A stretch of DNA of 64,000 bases. Origin: an uncultured Verrucomicrobiae bacterium (GTDB lineage Bacteria > Verrucomicrobiota > Verrucomicrobiia > Chthoniobacterales > JAFAMB01). The DNA lies in NCBI GenBank assembly GCA_963837955.1, contig CAWIPH010000002.1, positions 3,936,001 to 4,000,000 on the forward strand, read 5' to 3'. Made by a program: the position numbers and the translations under genes. Position 1 is the stretch's first letter, and every line of letters starts with the position of its first letter. Below are positions 8,800 through 17,790 of this stretch, piece by piece. A model generated the notes under the pieces. That model ran no database searches. It saw only the letters and a program-made list of their open reading frames with translations, and was not told the origin of the DNA.

Positions 8800-11577
8800 G
8801 CGGCAAGAGCGAGGTTAAGTTCGTCCATCAGCGGCCAGAGGCGCTTCGCCGAAGGCGCGGTAAATCGGGCCGAGCACATTGTCAGCTTCGAGGTGTTCGC
8901 GATCCACGCTGCCGCTGGCACTGACGTAGTCCCGCATCTTCTCAAGCCACGCCATTTGATCGGCTGTGAATGTTATCCCTTCCCGACGTTTGGTCTTCGA
9001 TCCACTCAGCGAATCGGGTGCGTACATGTTGCTCAAAGGGCTCGAGAACCGGTTCTTGTTCCAGCGCGACACGGACGAGGACACAAGATCAGTAAACCGG
9101 CGCGTAGCGGAGCTGGTCGGTCCAGACGAGGTGTGTCGGAACTGAGAGAATGCCGACCAAAGATTCTCAACCGGGTAAGCTCCAAAATCGGGCTTCAATT
9201 TTTCTTCGAGTTCCCTCAGACATTCTTCCGTAAGACGTTGGCGGTAAGGCCGGCTGTAGAGGATCTGCAACGCTGCGATCTCGTTCCGATGTTGTTCGAT
9301 GTATTCCTTGAAAGATCGGACCATGTTCTCAGCCTTTTCCTTTGCGGCTGCATCGAAGCCATGATCCACTGACGTTGTCGATCGTAACGACATCGATGGT
9401 CTTGTTCGTTGTCTTTCTTCAGCTTGGCCAGAGTATCGCGCAGCACCGGATTATCGAAAGGCGCGCACGCTTGTGCGATCAGGTTCTTGGCGAGCTTCTT
9501 GGAACAACGATGCATCGACCTCGTCTGGACTGGCGCCGGCTTACCGGTCGCAGCCTCGGCGGCAGCATCGGGATCGATCGCGCGCAATAGGGCAGCCGGA
9601 AAGCGCTGTAAGACTCGATCCACCGGATACCTCCTCAATCTTTTTGCGGTCAGCTGCTGATAGTGCTCGATCCAGTCGAGCGAGGCGTCCAGCCAGATGT
9701 GGTCAGAGTATCTTCGTCTCGTTTGCCAAGGGCGACACCGAGCAGAAGTTTATCAAACGCAACCGACGGTTTGCGTTCCAATGGACGCGAATCGGTCTTG
9801 TCGCTCTCGCACACGCCGACGGCGTCGACGATGACGAAATGAGTTTTGGCGATGCGCCTCCGCGCCGCTGACGGCTTGAAGATCGGTCGGCGATAGGACG
9901 CGAGTACCGCGCCCTTTCATCTGCTCGAAATAAACGCGGCTGCGAACATCGCGAAAAAAGAGCAGGCATTCCAAAGGCTTTGATGTCGGTTCCGGTAGCA
10001 ATCATATCGACTGTGACCGCGATTCGCAGTTGCGGCGACGTGCGGAATTCCTGGATGAGCGATTCCGATTTTTCATATCGTTTCGTCTCCGGATTGTAAG
10101 TTTTGTAAGTGATTTTCTTGCAGAAATCGTTTCCTTTGCCAAACACCTCGCGGCAGATGTGGACGATGTCTTCGGCATGCGAATCGTCCTTAGCGAAAAT
10201 CAAAGTCTTGGGCACGAGCTTGCGACCTGGGAAGAGTTCGGTGAACAGCACATCCTTGAACGTCTGCAAAACAGTGCGGATTTGCGAGGGGACTACGACC
10301 GAGCGATCAAGGTCTCGTGCGCGCGTAGTCGAGATCTTCGTCTAATCGTTCCCAGCGCGTTTTACGCGTCTCTTTGCTGCGCTTGATCGATATACAGACC
10401 TTTCTCGACCTGTCCTCCTTCTTCGGTCACTTGGGTTCGAATCCGATAGACGTCGTACCCGACATTGACGCCGTCGGCCACAGCTCGTTCGTGGCCGTAT
10501 TCCATCACGAGATTTTGTTTGAAGAAAGCCGATGGTCTGTTTGGAAGGCGTCGCGGTAAGGCCGATGAGAAATGCGTCGAAATATTCGAGCACTTGCCGC
10601 CAGAGATCATAGATCGAACGATGACATTCATCGGTCACGATGAAGTCGAACATCTCGATCGGAATTGCGCGGATTGTACTGGACTTCCGCGGGCCGCGAA
10701 TCAGCCGCAGCCGAGTTCGAACCCGGAAATTTCGTCAACGTCTTCGGCCAATTCTTCGCCGCGCAAAACGGAATAAAGGCGTTGAATGGTGCGAAACTGT
10801 GACACGCGCGACTGGATCGATGTTGCTCGAGGCAAGGTGCTGGACGTTGTAAATCTCAGTGAACTTCCGGCCGGTATCAGGCGTCGTGTACTGCTGAAAT
10901 TCGGTCACGGTTTGTCGGCCTAGATTACTGCGATCGACCAGGAACAAGACTCGTCGAGCGCCGGCGTGTTTGATCAGCCGATAAATGAACGAGACTGCTG
11001 TGAACGTCTTTCCTGCGCCGGTCGCCATTTGAATCAGCGCACGAGGATGATTCTCAGCAAATGACTCCTCGAGATTCGTGATCGCCTCAATCTGGCATTG
11101 ACGCATGCCGTGCGTGATCAGGAGTCGGCATCGGCCGAAGTCGTGCGCGGAGAGAAGTAGGCTTCAGAGGCCCATTCGCGGAGTGTCTCAGGTCGATGAA
11201 ACGCAAAGACATTGCGTGCCCGTGGATCGGGATCGCGATAGTCGGTAAAGAACGTTTCCGCGCCGGTCGACTCGTAAACAAATGGCAAGCGACCTGATGC
11301 GACCGACTTCCATCCAATCGGGCAGGCTCTCCGCATACTGCGCCGATTGCTCGGCCACACCGCTAAGTAATGTTCCGACTTTCTTTGCTTCAATGATGCC
11401 AACGGCCTTTCGATCGACACAGAGCAAATAATCAGCCTTGCCCTCCTTCATCGGTACCTCGCGAATGGCGATCCCAGAACCGGCGGAAAGATTGACTTGC
11501 CTATAATCCTGAACCAGCCAACCGCATTGCTGAAGAAGCAGATCGATCTGCTGGCGCGCTTTCTCTTCTGGCTTCAT
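8796..11577 (-). pseudogene. hsdR: Type I restriction endonuclease subunit (EcoAI/EcoEI-like), multiply frameshifted
   Basis: Fragments with ADYLL..IIEAKK nuclease motif, MATGAGKT, DECHRSIY, GLTATP and QMKGRGTR, plus an EcoEI-like C-terminus. Confidence 0.9.
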
Positions 11578-12032
11578 CTAGGCCTCCAGCTTTGGGATCT
11601 CATAGAGCCGAACAGCTCGCGGGCGTCCCAATTTGCCGATTTAGTCTTTGTGCTGTTTTCCGATATTGGCTTTCTCCCCTCGGCCAGCCTAGATCGCTGA
11701 ACTGCCATGATTTGTGGATTTACCAGATCGGAGCATAGCGTTGCGAGCGGATTTCGCGGGACCGGGGACGTTAAGGTGGAATTACCGGTGATGGTCGCGG
11801 GCAGAGGTAAAATTGACCGCTGCAACATCTGGAACGGTCGTGGGTGAGTCCGATGAGGAAGACTGATGGAAGCTAGGGCAATACGATACCGGTTCGAGAT
11901 CCGGAAACTTGCCGCGGATGGAAGGACCTTAGGGTTGGTAATTTTCCTCGCTCGGAGCTATATTTAGGCTGTGTGAGGGTAATTCGAAAAGGTGTCAATC
12001 GTCACTTCTAACCCTCTGTAACTGCTTCCCGC

Positions 12033-12491
12033 ATGCGCGGGGTTAGAAAGCAAAGAATGGATGATGAAATGCGGTTCGGAGCCAATGCATTTGACCGGCC
12101 GTCAATTTTTGTTGGACAGACAAAGTCCGAAATAAATGAAGCGATAGAGGCTGATGTTCAGCGGCTTTTCACGCTTAATGCCGAGGCTGAAAGGAAGCGG
12201 GCCCTTGCCAAATCTGTCAAGGAAACCGGCTCGGCTAATGCTGATAAATTAGATGCCGAGGCGGCAGACGCTGAGGCTGAATGTGACCTTTGGCTTGAGC
12301 AGCACGCGGCGCTCCTGGATCAAACCCCAACTGCATGGCCCTCCCCGGGTCGGCCTCAATACATTACGCGAGAGGAACACAGGGCATTCTGTCAGAAGTT
12401 GCTGGATGATTGGAAATCTCGCGACCCGGAGAACGCGCCGGCAACGGTAGAAGAGTTCATGATCGACTGCTATGGCAATTGGCCAGATTAA
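12033..12491 (+). CDS. Hypothetical protein
   Basis: 152-aa ORF with plausible composition; no recognisable motif. Confidence 0.5.
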   Translation: MRGVRKQRMDDEMRFGANAFDRPSIFVGQTKSEINEAIEADVQRLFTLNAEAERKRALAKSVKETGSANADKLDAEAADAEAECDLWLEQHAALLDQTPTAWPSPGRPQYITREEHRAFCQKLLDDWKSRDPENAPATVEEFMIDCYGNWPD

Positions 12492-12527
12492 AGCAGACCA
12501 AAAAATTCCGCGGGTAGGAACTACCAG

Positions 12528-12707
12528 TCAATGATTGAGCCGCTCGGCTCTTTTACGCTCTTCTTCTCGAAGTGCCAAAGCTTGGGCGAAACGAAGGTTT
12601 TCAGCTTGCCGTTGGTCTTCTAGACTGGTGTCTAAGTACGCGTCCGGAGGCGCTTTCTGGATGTTTTTATGCAGTCTTTCGAGTGGACTGTCATCATTTT
12701 TTTCCAT
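12528..12707 (-). CDS. Small hypothetical protein (59 aa)
   Basis: Read manually as MEKNDDSPLERLHKNIQKAPP...KRAERLNH; below the ORF-track cutoff. Confidence 0.3.
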   Translation of the reverse strand: MEKNDDSPLERLHKNIQKAPPDAYLDTSLEDQRQAENLRFAQALALREEERKRAERLNH

Positions 12708-12783
12708 AGAAATCCTGGCTCTTTTGCCAAGCCCTTATCCAACACTTCAAGCTTACCACTGTCGGCCTTGGCTATCAAGGAAG

Positions 12784-13047
12784 CTATCCGTGCGACCGCA
12801 TCCCGCCGTCTCGAAATCCTGTATTCTCTCCGCTCTCGACGGCGGCTTTAAATGCTTCAAGAGCGTCCCGGATTTCCTGAATTTCTTTGGCGACAAGCTC
12901 GTTTTCTTTTGGCGAAAGGTTGGGGGCATTCAACATGACCCGGCCACGCGATTCGACGGCGTTCTCGATCCGTTTTAGGGGATCGAAGAGAGCTGGGGTG
13001 AGCTTCGGCATCAGATGTTCTATTGAACATATACGGCCTCTATCCAA
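12784..13047 (-). CDS. Small hypothetical protein
   Basis: ORF with an amphipathic helical segment; start uncertain. Confidence 0.3.
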   Translation of the reverse strand: MDRGRICSIEHLMPKLTPALFDPLKRIENAVESRGRVMLNAPNLSPKENELVAKEIQEIRDALEAFKAAVESGENTGFRDGGMRSHG

Positions 13048-13081
13048 TTCTAAGCACGCAAATTTGGTGTACGGTTATCAG

Positions 13082-13285
13082 ATGACAACATTGAAGAGGG
13101 ATGTAGGACCAGACGATGGAGACCGGCAGGCGCAGTGGGAAATGCAAACAGACCGGATGAGAAAATATTGCGATCAACACCCTGGTCACTCAGAAGCGGA
13201 GGAGATGCTAAACCGGCTTCAAAAAGAGCCTTACCCACCGGCCGAGTTCGCTAATAAGTTCGCAAAGCTCTCGGAAAGTAAGTGA
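13082..13285 (+). CDS. Small hypothetical protein
   Basis: ATG at 13082 within ORF 12887..13285. Confidence 0.35.
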   Translation: MTTLKRDVGPDDGDRQAQWEMQTDRMRKYCDQHPGHSEAEEMLNRLQKEPYPPAEFANKFAKLSESK

Positions 13286-13493
13286 GCGAGCCGGATCCTG
13301 AAACCACGCTGCGCGAGTTCCGCGAATATTTCGCGAGCAACTAGGAGGCCCGTGACTACCCACAGTTTCTATAGTAAACTAGTTGCAATTCCGCCCGCCA
13401 ATAGTCTTGATAGCAGAAGAGTTTTTTCGACCAGCAAGCAATTATTTGCGAAATAGGATCGGCCTTCAAATTGTGACCATGCAGGATTCACCA

Positions 13494-13925
13494 ATGACGA
13501 AAGATGACGCAATACTCGCTGCCATGGCAGCGGGAGACGTGAGCGCATTTACGCCGGTTCAGGTTCAGAAGCTGCTTTTCCTCTTGGACAAGAAGGCAGC
13601 TCCCGCTCTTGGTGGTCCTCTTTTTGATTTTCGGCCGTATGATTACGGCCCTTTTGACCGCGAAGTATATGACAGGCTGGATGAATTGGCTGCGAGCGGT
13701 TTGGTGGATATAGCCGGGCAATCGTTCAAACGTGACCGGCACTATAGCCTGACTCAGGCCGGCTTGGCGAGAGGACAAAGGGCTTTGGACACCCTGCCTG
13801 CGCCGGTTAAAAGCTACATGCAAAGGCTTTCTAGGTTTGTTACATCCCTGAGCTTCGTTCAGCTCGTTTCTGCTATTTACGGGGCGTATCCAGAGATGCG
13901 CGTTAACAGCGTCTTCGAAGACTAA
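13494..13925 (+). CDS. SocA/Panacea (DUF4065)/YwgA-like winged-helix protein
   Basis: VQKLLFLL...FDFRPYDYGPFDREVYDRLDELAASGLV...YSLTQAG...IYGAYPEM; AGGA RBS 7 nt upstream of the ATG. Confidence 0.7.
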   Translation: MTKDDAILAAMAAGDVSAFTPVQVQKLLFLLDKKAAPALGGPLFDFRPYDYGPFDREVYDRLDELAASGLVDIAGQSFKRDRHYSLTQAGLARGQRALDTLPAPVKSYMQRLSRFVTSLSFVQLVSAIYGAYPEMRVNSVFED

Positions 13926-13936
13926 ACGCTGAGCGA

Positions 13937-14716
13937 ATGACGGCAATCGTTGGGATTCTCTGCCGTGAAGGAGTGGTCATCGGCACGGATTCCGCAGCGA
14001 CCTTTTCTGTTGGCACGGGAGCGTACGCCATTCGGACGATCGAGGCACCAAGCAAAAAAATCGAGGTTATAGATGATAGAATAATCGTTGCTCCGACTGG
14101 GGAAATCGGCTTGGGCCAGCGTTTCTGTCATTACGTATCGGTCTTTAGTCAGGAAAAAAAATTTGGTAAAGATGCATCTCACATCCAAGTAGCCTCTGAG
14201 CTGGCTAACCAAGTGCTCAATCACTTCAGAACGACAGGTATTCAGTTAGGGCAGGTGGGATTCGGTTGTCTTCTTGCATTTCCTCTCGGATCAAAGCTAC
14301 ATCTTTGCGAGTTTCCCGCCGGTGCCTTTCAACCTGAGTTCAAAACCAAGGAACTTTGGTTTTCGTCAATGGGAAGTGGGCAAGCGATTATTGATCCATT
14401 CTTGGCTTTTCTGCGCAAGATCTTTTGGCCTCGGAGCAACGCAGGCCTTCCAACTCTCAGCAGCGGAATATTCCTGGCGACTTGGGCTCTGACCCACGCT
14501 ATCGAGCTCAATCCTGGTGGGATAAACGGTCCGATTCAGCTTGCGACGTTAACGAACCTCCAAGATCACATCACGGTTAAGATGCTTTCCCCGTCTGAAA
14601 TCTTTGAACACGAGACAAATGTAAAAGCCGCGGAAAACCACTTAGCGGACTACCGAAAAGAGTTACAGAAAGAAGCCGGCCAGGGGATTCAGATCCCAGA
14701 CCCGGCCGAAGAATAG
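13937..14716 (+). CDS. Proteasome beta-subunit-like Ntn hydrolase (putative threonine protease)
   Basis: After Met removal the protein starts with Thr1 and has Asp17 (GVVIGTDS), a KKI Lys33-equivalent and an MGSG motif. Confidence 0.8.
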   Translation: MTAIVGILCREGVVIGTDSAATFSVGTGAYAIRTIEAPSKKIEVIDDRIIVAPTGEIGLGQRFCHYVSVFSQEKKFGKDASHIQVASELANQVLNHFRTTGIQLGQVGFGCLLAFPLGSKLHLCEFPAGAFQPEFKTKELWFSSMGSGQAIIDPFLAFLRKIFWPRSNAGLPTLSSGIFLATWALTHAIELNPGGINGPIQLATLTNLQDHITVKMLSPSEIFEHETNVKAAENHLADYRKELQKEAGQGIQIPDPAEE

Positions 14717-14860
14717 GACCGGCCTTCGAACGTGGTTCGCGTTCATTGCGGTGCCCCGGCGTTTGCGCGAGAACTCACCAGGAGGCGCTCAGGGCCTGGA
14801 ATGGATGCGTGCCCACGTTAACACTTGATAACGGTTGTCAAATCGTGGATATTCCTTTTG

Positions 14861-14940
14861 GCACCACTTTAAACCGAATACCCTGACGAGATCAGGGAAG
14901 CCCTATAGGGTACTCGCAAGAGTGTAGGTTTTCAGGGTGC
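14861..14940 (+). ncRNA. Candidate structured RNA at the 3' end of the DUF3800 gene (DUF3800-motif-like)
   Basis: Outer stems GCACC/GGTGC and AAACC/GGTTT enclose three hairpins. A GCAA tetraloop and a U-G pair favour the + strand. Confidence 0.5.
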
Positions 14941-15693
14941 TTTCTTTTTGATTTGGAGCCTAAAAGTCCAAAGCTTAAACCTCATCACGTGGGTGTTCGT
15001 ATCGAAAAGTAGATGGGGCCATCCGAGCTTTTCCGCCAGGTATTTGGCGAGCTCAACCTTGGCGGGGCTCGCATCTTTTCGAAAGTGATGTCGATTCCTT
15101 TGGTACCCAACCGCGCCAGCGATGATATCTAGCATTTGGGTAATGTCGCACTCTTTCGAGTTCCTGGGCTCAATCTGGCGGAAAGGGGATGTTCGAATAT
15201 TGAATTTAGAAGCCATCCCTTTGTTCAAAAACGCCTTTAGCGTCGTAAGTTTATAAGACGTGTCGCGCTGATCTAAGAAAACAATGAACCGCTTTGGTGC
15301 TTTGCCTGAGAAGTACGGTCTACCAAAACAATGTAGAAGTAGTTGGTAATAGAATTTGTAAAAGCCTACTTCGTTGTCGCCGTCACTGAAAAAGGCATGA
15401 TTAATTTGGTGGCAATCGAATATGAGCGCTTTGAAGTGCACTACGTCAGACGTGGTCAAGTCAGTAAAGATGTCGATGATCTGTTTGTATTCGCCGAGTT
15501 TGCCTCGCGAGACCTTTGTCCACTTCAACTCAGCGGTCATTTTCGCTTTTTCGCGGAATGTACGGATTCTCTCGAGGACATCCCCCACCGACTTGGCATC
15601 CATAATCAGCCCAGCCAAAATCATGTAACGATCTTTGGTTTGACGACTTTCATCGCAATAGACGTGATAGACGGGCGTGACCTCCTGGCTCAT
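14932..15693 (-). CDS. DUF3800 domain protein (RNase H-like fold)
   Basis: N-terminal YCDES, ELKWTK and C-terminal QMLDIIAGA motifs. Confidence 0.85.
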   Translation of the reverse strand: MSQEVTPVYHVYCDESRQTKDRYMILAGLIMDAKSVGDVLERIRTFREKAKMTAELKWTKVSRGKLGEYKQIIDIFTDLTTSDVVHFKALIFDCHQINHAFFSDGDNEVGFYKFYYQLLLHCFGRPYFSGKAPKRFIVFLDQRDTSYKLTTLKAFLNKGMASKFNIRTSPFRQIEPRNSKECDITQMLDIIAGAVGYQRNRHHFRKDASPAKVELAKYLAEKLGWPHLLFDTNTHVMRFKLWTFRLQIKKKAP

Positions 15694-15735
15694 CGCGGGG
15701 CTAGTTTAACAGGTTCATTGCCGAAAAACATAAGT

Positions 15736-16044
15736 TCACTTCCCAGAATTCAGCTTCTGCTTGGCTTGGGCGGCGCTAAGAACGATTTTCATTCCTCGGT
15801 TCAACAGGTTGAGGGTCTCGCCGATAGGCTCCGTGATTATCCGAAGTTGGATCTCGTTAATCTCCCCTCGAGCGAACATTTCCGTCGCATCGGCTAACTT
15901 GTAAGTCAGCTTCTGGGCGCTGATCCGCACGCGGTCCAATGTCTCGGTAACTTGCGCGATATTCTCTACCGGAATGCGTTCAAGGTTGATGACTTCGACG
16001 TCTAGATCGTCCGCGGGAGACGGTTTCTCTTGCTTAGGTTTCAC
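15736..16044 (-). CDS. Hypothetical protein
   Basis: 102-aa helical ORF co-oriented upstream of DUF3800. Confidence 0.45.
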   Translation of the reverse strand: MKPKQEKPSPADDLDVEVINLERIPVENIAQVTETLDRVRISAQKLTYKLADATEMFARGEINEIQLRIITEPIGETLNLLNRGMKIVLSAAQAKQKLNSGK

Positions 16045-16491
16045 GGCAATTTCGAGTGCTCGAATGATGTAACAGCCATTTTAGAACGATAATCATCCGT
16101 ATGATAGCCGCTCGGATGGTTGCGAGCTTTAGGCTGCGACCTTTGGAGTGTATTTCTCTCGGATGGGCGCTCGCCTGGCCGGCGGCATTATCCAATAGCC
16201 TTGGCGAGCCGAGTTTATGAGTTCACGACCTAGATTCTTGCTAGGATTCATTTCCGGAGACGCTTTTACGCGTCAATGTTCACGAAAGCAAGCAAATAAA
16301 TAACACTGTTCTCATGTGTTGTTCTATATCACGACACGGTATCGTGTGTCACGCGATTTACGCTAACGGATAAGCCCGGAAGAATGTGGACTTGTTACCA
16401 GTCCTCCTGGCAGAGCGTTACCAGTCCGATTTCTCGTCGGCTCGTTTTGTCAGTTGTAACTCTATGATAGCAAGAGTGTTACAGAGTAGAG

Positions 16492-16579
16492 CGGTGAGGC
16501 AGGGATTCGAACCCTGGGTACCCTTTTGGGGTACAACGCTTTAGCAAAGCGCCGCTTTCGACCGCTCAGCCACCTCACC
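16492..16579 (-). tRNA. tRNA-Ser(GCT)
   Basis: Reverse complement GGTGAGGTGGCTGAGCGGTCGAAAGC...TT-GCT-AA...long variable arm...GGTTCGAATCCCTGCCTCACCG; CCA not encoded. Confidence 0.95.
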
Positions 16580-16709
16580 GGACGGAAGCGCAAGGATATA
16601 CCCGCGAGCCACACCGTCAAATCAATCTTAGTGAGTGGACTCGTCATGGACATCCGACCCGCCGTAACGGGAACCCGCGGCCGCGCACGGGCGTCAACAT
16701 GAGGCAACT

Positions 16710-17050
16710 CTTGATCAGTCCCCGAAAAGGGGAGGGCGCACGTCCTCGTGCGCCGTGGATCGCGAGGACGCGATTAACCCCGGGATTAATCGTATAAAGC
16801 GGCATGCCCTGGAGGGGCATTAGGATCCAATGTTGCAGCCATGAATCCAATGCGAGCACCTATTCTAGCGCCGCTTTCAGGGCGAAACGTTTGGAACACG
16901 TTTCCCGAGGTTAAAACCCCAGGCGGGAGGGATCGCAGCCTGTCCGACATAGCTTTTGATGCATCGCGCTCCACGACCGTGCGCTTCTGCGACGTCGGAT
17001 CCTCGCGATCCGCGGCGCACGAGGACGTGCGCCCTCCCCCCCTGGCGGGG
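16710..17050. repeat. REP/REPIN-like element, family A (core GGGAGGGCGCACGTCCTCGTGCGCCGCGGATCGCGAGGA), inverted pair
   Basis: Core in forward orientation near 16730 and reverse near 17000-17040; the same core occurs at about 25010, 25305 and 30545. Confidence 0.8.
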
Positions 17051-17228
17051 CAGAGGACCAGACATCGGCCTTACGCTGACGCAGATGCGCGGTCGCCGGA
17101 CCGCTACCGACCTCCGCCACACCGTTGCGCCGTTACGCACATTCGCGCCCTTTCGCCGTTCATTTCCTACATTTTGCAACCTTTCTCACAGCGCTGGTGT
17201 CCTCTGATTGAAGAGGAGGATGTGCATT

Positions 17229-17507
17229 ATGAGAAACAAAATTGTCTATTTCCCGCTCGGAGCCGAGGCTCGTGCCGAACGAATCAATGCCTATCGGCCT
17301 ACGACCCGAGCCGAAACAGCTATTGCAATTTGGCTCTGCGGCTGGGCCATGGTAACCGCGGGGGAATGTATTCGCCAAGTCAGCAAGTTGCCGATTGCAG
17401 CCGCTCCGCCGGCTCACCTGATCTATGTGGCCCTTACCCACGCCGGCCAGTCAAACCCGTGCCGGCGACAATCTTGCAACTTTTCTCAGGCCGACTGTGT
17501 CCTGTGA
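17229..17507 (+). CDS. Small membrane-peptide-like protein, paralog 1
   Basis: GAGGAGG RBS; shares KIVxFP...RAExxIAIWLCGWAxxTAxECIRQ with the next ORF. Confidence 0.6.
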   Translation: MRNKIVYFPLGAEARAERINAYRPTTRAETAIAIWLCGWAMVTAGECIRQVSKLPIAAAPPAHLIYVALTHAGQSNPCRRQSCNFSQADCVL

Positions 17508-17511
17508 TTGA

Positions 17512-17694
17512 ATGAACCAGATGAACAGCAAGATTGTCAATTTCCCCTCCCCGATAGCCAAAAGCGGCTTCGAACGGATCGAGGGCTACAAGTGCGCCAA
17601 CCGAGCTGAAGCTCTGATCGCCATCTGGCTCTGCGGCTGGGCCTTGTTAACGGCGGCGGAATGTATTCGCCAAATGAGTTTTCTCGCAATTTGA
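17512..17694 (+). CDS. Small membrane-peptide-like protein, paralog 2
   Basis: Tandem paralog of the previous ORF. Confidence 0.6.
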   Translation: MNQMNSKIVNFPSPIAKSGFERIEGYKCANRAEALIAIWLCGWALLTAAECIRQMSFLAI

Positions 17695-17790
17695 TCGATC
17701 ACGGCAACGATTCCCACGATAATGGTTAGTACCGCACCTTTGCCGCTGGCCGGTTACCATCGCCAGCCTCTCTGCGGACTCGAGACCACG

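Larger units (their letters stand above)
1..16491. mobile_element. Integrated phage-satellite/prophage-remnant-like island 3' of tRNA-Ser; left boundary outside the window
   Basis: Primase-helicase, iteron cluster, cos-like site, Nu1-like TerS and defence-type cargo all lie immediately downstream of a tRNA-Ser gene. No integrase or distal att repeat is visible in the window. Confidence 0.7.

Noticed and set aside
15700..16490. Integrase next to tRNA-Ser
   Set aside because: No ORF with tyrosine- or serine-recombinase motifs; any integrase must lie outside the window or be lost.
16462..17179. ORFs overlapping tRNA-Ser and family A repeats; likewise 24966..25553, 32173..32913 and 39188..39940
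   Set aside because: They translate tRNA or GC-rich palindromic repeats and have no protein-like motifs.
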